From positions 1 through 26,385 of IMG/VR virus record IMGVR_UViG_3300023283_000023: DNA of 26,385 bases. One strand, written 5' to 3'. Under the pieces are notes generated by a model that was given only the letters and a program-made list of their open reading frames with translations, was not told where the DNA came from and did no database searches. The stretch is from a virus. Its lineage: Duplodnaviria > Caudoviricetes. Positions 15,604-22,196 of the stretch are shown one piece after another. Within the stretch, counting starts at the first letter, position 1, and every line of letters starts with the position of its first letter. A program made the translations under genes and the position numbers.

Positions 15604-15634
15604 GTAAGCAGCGGCATATTCCGCCCTGTTTCCC

Positions 15635-15928
15635 TTAGCCCCAGCGGTGGCCGCGCGGAGCGGAGTGCTCTGCCGGCCCGATCGGGGTCTGGTTCGGTCC
15701 AGCGGTACCCATACCGAGTTCCTCGGGCAGGTAGTCCATGAACGGCTTCTTGCAATACAGGCCGTTGGCCAGCGTGCCGCCGCTCACCTCACCGAAATCT
15801 TCGGCCTGGGCCGTGGATTCCGGGTAGTTTCGGCCATGCGGGTCCGTGTACCCGTAATCCATGTCCTTCCCCTTGTACCCGTAATCCATGTCCTTCCCCT
15901 TGTACCCGTAATCCATGTCCTTCTTCAT
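15635..15928 (-). CDS. Hypothetical head-region protein with KDMDYGY repeats (97 aa)
   Basis: AAGGAG upstream of ATG 15928; the ORF-track start 16015 lies inside the upstream gene. Confidence 0.8.
   Translation of the reverse strand: MKKDMDYGYKGKDMDYGYKGKDMDYGYTDPHGRNYPESTAQAEDFGEVSGGTLANGLYCKKPFMDYLPEELGMGTAGPNQTPIGPAEHSAPRGHRWG
15847..15923. repeat. Perfect 27-bp tandem repeat, ~2.85 copies
   Basis: tgtacccgtaatccatgtccttcccct at 15847, 15874 and (23 bp) 15901. Confidence 0.95.
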
Positions 15929-15959
15929 CTCAATCTCCTTGGTTCGGTGTGGGTGCGCC

Positions 15960-16334
15960 TCAGAACCACTCGAGGACGAAGTCGAAGTCGACCGTGTCCC
16001 CGGTGGCGCCGGCATCTGCGCCGATAGTGACCAGCACCGCAGCAGCGTTGTCCAGGGTCACCGCGCTCAGATCCTTCGTGTGAACATCCGCCGGGGCCGC
16101 CGCGGTGACGGCCAGGCTGATGCCCGAGTAGAAGGCGTCCGCGTCGCCGGCGATGCCGACCTCGATCGCGTTCGTCGAATCGCTCGACCCGGCACTCAGT
16201 ACGGCACCGACGTGACGCAAGCGCATCCGATCGACCCCATAGGGTACCGGGATCAGCATGGTCAGCGCCTCGGTCGGGGTGCCCGACCGACGGTGCGTGG
16301 TTCGCAGCGGGCTGTCATAGGTAAAGTTGCTCAT
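15960..16334 (-). CDS. Putative capsid decoration/cement protein (124 aa)
   Basis: Small beta-rich protein directly after the capsid gene (IEVGIAGDADAF, C-terminal FVLEWF); GGAGG Shine-Dalgarno. Confidence 0.65.
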   Translation of the reverse strand: MSNFTYDSPLRTTHRRSGTPTEALTMLIPVPYGVDRMRLRHVGAVLSAGSSDSTNAIEVGIAGDADAFYSGISLAVTAAAPADVHTKDLSAVTLDNAAAVLVTIGADAGATGDTVDFDFVLEWF

Positions 16335-16348
16335 TCCTCATTCCTCCA

Positions 16349-16400
16349 TTAAGTCACGAAACCGCTTGGTCTCATATTTTCTCCTGTGACCAGGCGGTTC
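16349..16400 (-). promoter_or_regulatory. Intergenic hairpin enclosing a Shine-Dalgarno and an 8-codon mini-ORF
   Basis: AACCGCcTGGTC...GACCAaGCGGTT stem around ACAGGAGAAAATATGA; ATG 16375 to TAA 16349 encodes MRPSGFVT. Confidence 0.45.
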
Positions 16401-16413
16401 TATAGCATACCTA

Positions 16414-17406
16414 TCAGGCAGCCGAATCCCACTTAACGATGCGGGCGTTCTTCACATCACCGTTGGGTCCATGTACTATGCCAAACCCCCCGAGATAATA
16501 CCATCCGATACCCCTCGAGCGGCCCAGGTCAGTCGGGATCCGGCCCCGGATTTCCTCGGGGATAACCACCGCCTCTGCCACCGTGTCGGAACCGAGAAAG
16601 AACGCCCAATCGGACTTGCCGTTGTCCCAGGCGTCGGCGGTATCATAGTCCCAGATCGTGGAGTCGACAGCACCGCCCTTCGGGATGTGCGTCTGCTCGC
16701 AGAAGCGGGTCGACTCGTACCGACCGATCTCGCCGTTCATGATGTGCCGGAAACCGGTCTCGATGTAGATCGAAATCGCTTCCAGGTCGTTCTTGAACGT
16801 CAGGTACGTCGACGGCCATGAGATGCAGTAGTAGTCATCGTTGGCGTACGTCGGGATGTTCCGCTCTTTCATCCCCAACACGATCGCGCGGACGTGTGCC
16901 TTGCGCATCTCCACGTTGTTCGTGATCGTCGCACCACCCTCCTCGAACACGACGGACGAAGCGCTCGAGCCCCCCGTCGGGGTGACGGACAGCGGGGTCA
17001 GGTTGAACTGACCGTGCGCAGCACCATCGAGGACTTCCTTGGCGTCGATCTTCAACACCTTCTGGATGACCTCAGTCACCGGCTGTTTGGATAGGTTGTC
17101 CAACTTGCTCGTGAACGGAATCGAGTTGCCGTACTCGTCGATCGTGAGAGACTGCTGGGTGATCGTGTACTTCGACGTCGGCATCGACTCGTCTTCGTCC
17201 AGCTTCCTACCACGCTTCTTTACCCGCGAGTACACGTTCCAGTTGTAAGTATCCCCCTTGTGGAGTCCCTTCTCGGTCGCGTCCTTCGCGTCCGCGAATT
17301 GTCGGAACTTCACTGCCGGCAACACCTCCAGCCGGAGCGTTTCCGACAATTCGTCACTGTACATGAAACCGCCCAAAATATCGATTGACCACAACTGTCC
17401 TGCCAT
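16414..17406 (-). CDS. Major capsid protein (330 aa; N4 gp56-like by resemblance)
   Basis: Follows the scaffold; GGAGG Shine-Dalgarno; KFRQFAD, LTIDEYGNSI, NGEIGRYESTRF and DLGRSRGIGWY motifs; ends in tandem TGA TAG. Confidence 0.88.
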   Translation of the reverse strand: MAGQLWSIDILGGFMYSDELSETLRLEVLPAVKFRQFADAKDATEKGLHKGDTYNWNVYSRVKKRGRKLDEDESMPTSKYTITQQSLTIDEYGNSIPFTSKLDNLSKQPVTEVIQKVLKIDAKEVLDGAAHGQFNLTPLSVTPTGGSSASSVVFEEGGATITNNVEMRKAHVRAIVLGMKERNIPTYANDDYYCISWPSTYLTFKNDLEAISIYIETGFRHIMNGEIGRYESTRFCEQTHIPKGGAVDSTIWDYDTADAWDNGKSDWAFFLGSDTVAEAVVIPEEIRGRIPTDLGRSRGIGWYYLGGFGIVHGPNGDVKNARIVKWDSAA

Positions 17407-17441
17407 CGTTACATCCTCCGTTGATTGCGCTCAAGCATGGG

Positions 17442-18593
17442 TTATTGCGCAAGTCCTCGCGCTTGCCGCATGCGCTTAATGTGCTGGCTGGCGGATGCTA
17501 TCCTCGGCTTGTCGTCTTCGGGCGCCTTGCGTTGGCGTGCTGAGGTTTCGGAGGGCATATCGCGCTTTTCATCCTCTCGGATCCGACGCTCGGCTTCGGG
17601 ATCATCGATACGGATGTTCCGGGCCGCCTCACCAGCACTTCGGGCGATATCAGCGATGTCCCGATCCAGATTCTTGGGATCGGATCGCATCTCCAGGAAG
17701 TACGCTCGTGCAACCTTGAGCTTGAGGCTGTCCTGGAGAATGTCCGGGAACTCCTCGCGCATGACACGGTTGACCGTGGCCCTATCCTGCCTCTCCCGAG
17801 ACCGGCGTTCTTCCTCCTGCCTCGTGCGTTCGGCCTGCTGCTGGGCCTGCTCCTGCTCCTGCAGCTTCCGAACTGCCTTCGCAACAATGGCGTCTTCGTC
17901 GACGGCCTTGCTGGTCTCAGCGAGAATTTCCTCGATGGCCAGCTCGGCATCATCCACTCTGCCACTGAAGATCCGATCTACGATCGACTTCACCTTCTGG
18001 CGGTGATCGCTCTCGGACCTTTGAGCGCCCTCGCTGGGTGGCTCAGAGCCCTGTTCGGACTCTTGGGTGCGGGAGGATCGCTCGTTGAGCTGCTTCTCCC
18101 GCCGTTCCAAATCTTCCTCGCGATTCCGGATCTCCTGCTCTCTGCGCTGCGCTCGCTGAAGAGTGGCAGACGCCTCTGACATTCTCATCCGGGCCGCTCG
18201 GTCCACCTGGTACGCATCGATCCCGCCCGCTCGTTCAACATCCTTCCGGGGGACCGAATACGTTTTACCGTAAATTACCACATCTACCCGCTCACTTGCA
18301 ATCCCCTCGTCACCGGCCTTGGTTCCGCGCCCGTCCGAGTCGGGATTCTGATCCTCGCCGGCATCCACATCGGCGTCCCCAGATGCCTTGCCGGCGCCGA
18401 TGATCTGGCTATCCGCGTCGTGCAGGACCGCCAATGAATCGTCATCGACGTCCACTTCCTCGCCGAGCGGCTTGCGCTTGGCGCGCGCCCGCTTGGCGAT
18501 CTCCTCGCGCCTTTCGGCCATGCTGCCGAGGTCCTGCGGCCCGTACTCCGGATCCGCGTCGTCAGTAACTGTCTTTGCCTTCCTCTTGGCCAT
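17442..18593 (-). CDS. Putative scaffolding protein (383 aa)
   Basis: Highly charged coiled coil with VDVVIYGKTYSVP motif and basic C-terminal helix (IKRMRQARG); lies just upstream of the capsid gene. Confidence 0.75.
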   Translation of the reverse strand: MAKRKAKTVTDDADPEYGPQDLGSMAERREEIAKRARAKRKPLGEEVDVDDDSLAVLHDADSQIIGAGKASGDADVDAGEDQNPDSDGRGTKAGDEGIASERVDVVIYGKTYSVPRKDVERAGGIDAYQVDRAARMRMSEASATLQRAQRREQEIRNREEDLERREKQLNERSSRTQESEQGSEPPSEGAQRSESDHRQKVKSIVDRIFSGRVDDAELAIEEILAETSKAVDEDAIVAKAVRKLQEQEQAQQQAERTRQEEERRSRERQDRATVNRVMREEFPDILQDSLKLKVARAYFLEMRSDPKNLDRDIADIARSAGEAARNIRIDDPEAERRIREDEKRDMPSETSARQRKAPEDDKPRIASASQHIKRMRQARGLAQ

Positions 18594-18927
18594 ACTCTTC
18601 CTCCAGTGTCGCCTGTGCTTCCCTAGCGTCGCTCAGGGCATCGTTGAGCCAGTCGAGGAACAGGTTCGCAATGCGCGCCTGATCATGGTCGGCCCGGGCC
18701 TGCTCGGACCTGATGTCCGGGTTCGCCAGGAGCGATTCGGTCGCGGCCGTGATTTGCCCCACGGCGCGATCGTACAAATATACCCCCACCGGCTCGGCGA
18801 GCCACGCCTCGACCTCAATCCCGAGCTGGATGGCCTTGACGAGGTGGGGCGGAAACTGGTTCATTTCCTCCTCCAGCCCGCTCGGCCGATCTCCGGTGAT
18901 GATTCCTTCGCCGCCCTCGATCGGCAT
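18562..18927 (-). CDS. Small helical protein between portal and scaffold (121 aa)
   Basis: TGATG-coupled to the portal stop; normal codon bias. Confidence 0.75.
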   Translation of the reverse strand: MPIEGGEGIITGDRPSGLEEEMNQFPPHLVKAIQLGIEVEAWLAEPVGVYLYDRAVGQITAATESLLANPDIRSEQARADHDQARIANLFLDWLNDALSDAREAQATLEEEYGQEEGKDSY

Positions 18928-21206
18928 CAGCCTTCCTTACCTGGGATCGCCCCGTACTCGCCGCGGGAGATGACGCCGGCCTGATTGTCCGAGATCTCCG
19001 CGGTCGAATCCCGTGGGTCGATCGGCGTGCCCGACGACGGGGTCCTGAGACTCTCGACGAGTTGATCCTCGCCACCCTCCTCGGGCAGCGGCTGGGTCAT
19101 CTCCTGCTCGAACCGGGCCTCCTCCATGGTCATCCTACGCTCGGCCTCCTGGATCGTGTGCGAAAGGGCCTCACGCTGCATCCACAGCTCGCGCTTCTTG
19201 ATCTCGTTCTGCTCCTGCGCGAGCTGCTGGTCGATCTGCTTGATCTGGGCCCGGAGCTGCTCCACGAACTGGGTGCTCTGCTGTTTCATCGCCTCGATTT
19301 CCTTGCGGTTCTGGGCGTTGATCTCCGCGACCTTGATCTTCGTCTCCTCCTTGAACATCTGAGTCTGGAGCTGCTGCTGCATTTCCTGCACCTGCCGCTG
19401 AAGCTGCTCGACCAGCGGGTCAACCTCCTTATCCTCGGCCAGAGACGGCAGGAACCTCGCGCCGTCCTTGAACCCGAGGGCGCCGAACACCTCGCCCGCG
19501 ATCTCCTTGACATCCGCGCTCGCCAGCGTCCCAGGGATGAAGCTCTCGATGGTCGACAGACCCACCCTGAGGCGCTCGATGCGCATGAGCGGGTTCAGGT
19601 TTCCAAACCCGACGTTGACCGTGAGCTTCGCCGGCCGGCCGATCGCGCGGAATGTGTCGCCGAGGTTCTGCGCGTACTTCTCGCCGACCAGGGACAGGAT
19701 GTTCTTGTCCGTCTCGTAGTGGGCTTCCAGAGACATCATGTCCCGAAGCACCGGCTCGTACCATGTCTCCGTGAAGTTCCTCACCTGCATCTCGGGGAGT
19801 TCTTCTGCGGACTCTCGGAGCATGTTCATGCCGCCGACCGTCTCGTTCATCGCCCGGTTGGACTGCACCGTGGACTGGCTGAACGAGCCAAGCAGGTCAT
19901 CCATGTCCAGATTGAGCCGGTCCTGCTCCTCGTAGCTCGAGCGAGTGACGTCCGGCGGCCGGTATTCCTTGATGTCCGCCCCCGGGTTCTGCGTGTAGGT
20001 GACCGAACCGGGGATCCCGCGCATCAGGGTCCGAATGTCGGTCTGGGATCCGCGGCGCACGAAGTACCGGCCGCTCATCGCGTGCTTGACGTTGTCGATC
20101 CGGGTGTTGGCGACCTCGTTGGCCTCTTCTTGGATGGACTCCGCGAGATCGGCTAGTCCATAGGGGTTCAGCGTGTGCGGCTCGATCTCCAACCGGCCCA
20201 TTCGGTACGCGCGCCCGATCTTGCTCACGCGGCTCAGGGGCACCGGGTCCGACAGCAACACCGCGTCGCCGACGGTCTCGAAGTACCAGTCCATCCCGTC
20301 CACGTTGATGATGCACTCGCGCACCCACACCGTGTCGTATTCGCGGGTGTGGCCGGCAAACGTCTCGGAGAACCGATCATGGCTTTCCTCGCGCTTGGAC
20401 CTGACGGAATCGTACTGGACCTCCTTGCCCCTGATCAGAATCTCGCGGGATATGTCACGGTACGGGATGAGCCTGGAGCGCTCCATCCGGCGCTCGAGAT
20501 CCGCCACGTAGTACGGGCGCTGCTCGATGATGAACGGCGTGGTGCCGAACGGGTCCAGCCAGTCCGCCGAGGGGCTGATCCGGATATTTTCAAAGGGCAC
20601 CAGCCTGGTCATCGGTCTATCATGCTTGACGTACGTGGCCGTGCGACGGACCTGCTTGACGCCCTCCGCGGTTGGAATCACCTCGCTGATCTCCCGCGTC
20701 TCCTCCTCGTAGTCCCAGAACTGCTTGGAGACGACCACGCCGTTGATCGCGCAGTCGGTGAGCGCCGCGACCGTGATCTGGTACCACGGGACCGAATTCC
20801 GGAGCCGATAGTTGAGCACCTCCTCGTGGATCTTGGCCGCCAGCACATCTTCGTCGTCACGCGCGTTCGCCGGCTCGCAGGACATGGCGTCGTCTGTGGC
20901 GAAGAATGCGCGCACGGCCTTGGCCGCCATCTTGCGGATCGCGGTCCGGGTCTTGGGTCTGAACAGGCGGGAGCGCTTGCGGTACTCTTCCCGGTTGTAT
21001 TTGGACCCCGCTGCATGCAGATTCTTGTAGTGGCTGAGGTTCTTCTCCATGCGGTGCCGGATCGTCGTCTCGAACCAGTCGTCGGCCTGCGACCACGACT
21101 CCCGCTGCAACCTCAGCCAGTATCCATCGACCTCGTCCATCGGATCGATCTGCTCCGACAGCGTGGCAATCTGCTCGTTCGCTTGGCGTTCAAGATCATC
21201 TTCCAT
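18927..21206 (-). CDS. Portal protein (759 aa)
   Basis: RSRLFRPKTR, VPFENIRISP and NETVGGM motifs, long C-terminal coiled-coil barrel; position between terminase and scaffold. Confidence 0.9.
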   Translation of the reverse strand: MEDDLERQANEQIATLSEQIDPMDEVDGYWLRLQRESWSQADDWFETTIRHRMEKNLSHYKNLHAAGSKYNREEYRKRSRLFRPKTRTAIRKMAAKAVRAFFATDDAMSCEPANARDDEDVLAAKIHEEVLNYRLRNSVPWYQITVAALTDCAINGVVVSKQFWDYEEETREISEVIPTAEGVKQVRRTATYVKHDRPMTRLVPFENIRISPSADWLDPFGTTPFIIEQRPYYVADLERRMERSRLIPYRDISREILIRGKEVQYDSVRSKREESHDRFSETFAGHTREYDTVWVRECIINVDGMDWYFETVGDAVLLSDPVPLSRVSKIGRAYRMGRLEIEPHTLNPYGLADLAESIQEEANEVANTRIDNVKHAMSGRYFVRRGSQTDIRTLMRGIPGSVTYTQNPGADIKEYRPPDVTRSSYEEQDRLNLDMDDLLGSFSQSTVQSNRAMNETVGGMNMLRESAEELPEMQVRNFTETWYEPVLRDMMSLEAHYETDKNILSLVGEKYAQNLGDTFRAIGRPAKLTVNVGFGNLNPLMRIERLRVGLSTIESFIPGTLASADVKEIAGEVFGALGFKDGARFLPSLAEDKEVDPLVEQLQRQVQEMQQQLQTQMFKEETKIKVAEINAQNRKEIEAMKQQSTQFVEQLRAQIKQIDQQLAQEQNEIKKRELWMQREALSHTIQEAERRMTMEEARFEQEMTQPLPEEGGEDQLVESLRTPSSGTPIDPRDSTAEISDNQAGVISRGEYGAIPGKEG

Positions 21207-21663
21207 TATTGATCTCCACTAGACGCTGGATCCGCTGCGCTTCATCCGTGATCGCCTGCCGCTCCCGTTGCTGCCGGGTCATGCGATCCCACACGTGGAG
21301 GGGTTGAACACGCCCCTTGGCGTCCCGGGGGAGTAGCGCCAGCCTGTCGACCTGCTGGCCGAGGCCCCGGGCCTCGAGTCCAAACCGGTTCAGGATCTCC
21401 CATCCGGCGGTGTATGCGAGGCGCCGCTTCGGGTCATTGTGGATCTCGACCGTGCGAATGGTATACCCCCACTCGTCGTGTAGGTGCAGGTTCTTGATGT
21501 TGATAACCATGCCGCGCTCATCAGGTTCGATCGCCCATGCCCAGCCCGGGAAGTGCTTTTCAAGGATGGTAGCGATGTCCTTGGCCAAGATCGCCAGGCT
21601 CGCATGAATCTCGAGCTGTCGCGGGTGAACCACCAATTCGTCTGACAGAGATCTCTCGGTCAT
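21196..21663 (-). CDS. Hypothetical protein (~155 aa)
   Basis: ATG 21663 overlaps the upstream TGA (ATGA) and has AAGGA upstream; globular sequence HFPGWAWAI. Confidence 0.75.
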   Translation of the reverse strand: MTERSLSDELVVHPRQLEIHASLAILAKDIATILEKHFPGWAWAIEPDERGMVINIKNLHLHDEWGYTIRTVEIHNDPKRRLAYTAGWEILNRFGLEARGLGQQVDRLALLPRDAKGRVQPLHVWDRMTRQQRERQAITDEAQRIQRLVEINNGR

Positions 21664-21968
21664 GATGTAATCCATTCCTTTACCAGTCCAAGCCACCCGA
21701 CGGCAGATCCCAGCAACAAAAGGAGCAGGGTCACCACGGCGACAACCGCCGAGCCCTTCCCGGTGATAACCGAGGTCGCAAGCTTATTGGACGTGATCGC
21801 GGTCAACAGTTCATCGTGCTTTGTCTGCGCATCCTTCTTGTCCTCCTCCCGGAACTCCTCGAGCCTCTTCTGCCGCTCAATAACGCTATCCACCCGCGAT
21901 TTCAGCACGGCGATGTCCTCTCCATGGGCGTTGATCCGCCCGTGCAATTCGACTTCCCCTTCCGGCAT
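21660..21968 (-). CDS. Coiled-coil protein with C-terminal TM (holin-like/XhlA-like topology, ~102 aa)
   Basis: GGGGAG upstream of ATG 21968; heptad region followed by AVVAVVTLLLLLLGSAVGWLGLV. Confidence 0.7.
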   Translation of the reverse strand: MPEGEVELHGRINAHGEDIAVLKSRVDSVIERQKRLEEFREEDKKDAQTKHDELLTAITSNKLATSVITGKGSAVVAVVTLLLLLLGSAVGWLGLVKEWITS

Positions 21969-21969
21969 G

Positions 21970-22140
21970 TTACTCCCCCACCCAGTCATACGGGTCGAAT
22001 TCCAAGAAGTCCCGCTCCCCCGGGTTGCGCGCGGGGTAAACCACCGTGTAGCCCGGGTCCGGGTCTACCGAGTCGACCAGCTCCTCGATGTCGATTTGAC
22101 GCCCGGCGGGCGCCTCCGGCCTTATCCTGTCATCAGCCAC
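21970..22140 (-). CDS. Small acidic hypothetical protein (56 aa), not in the ORF track
   Basis: GGAGG then GTG 22140; MADDRIRPEAPAGRQIDIEELVDSVDPDPGYTVVYPARNPGERDFLEFDPYDWVGE*; stop lies 1 nt before the next ATG. Confidence 0.7.
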   Translation of the reverse strand: MADDRIRPEAPAGRQIDIEELVDSVDPDPGYTVVYPARNPGERDFLEFDPYDWVGE

Positions 22141-22164
22141 GAGTGGCCCTCCGGTGTTTGTGCG

Positions 22165-22193
22165 ACGTTACCACAGGCCCGCCTAGCCCGCAA
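22165..22193 (-). promoter_or_regulatory. Candidate sigma70-type promoter for the structural operon
   Basis: TTGCGG-17 nt-TAACGT with extended -10 TGn, in the 56-bp gap after the terminase stop. Confidence 0.45.
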
Positions 22194-22196
22194 ATG

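Noticed and set aside
15847-15923. 27-bp repeat as a CRISPR array
   Set aside because: Copies are contiguous with no spacers, in frame within a CDS, and no cas genes are present.
16399-16430. TATGCTATAGA as a promoter after the capsid gene
   Set aside because: A -10-like element is present but no acceptable -35 at 16-18 nt; too weak to call.
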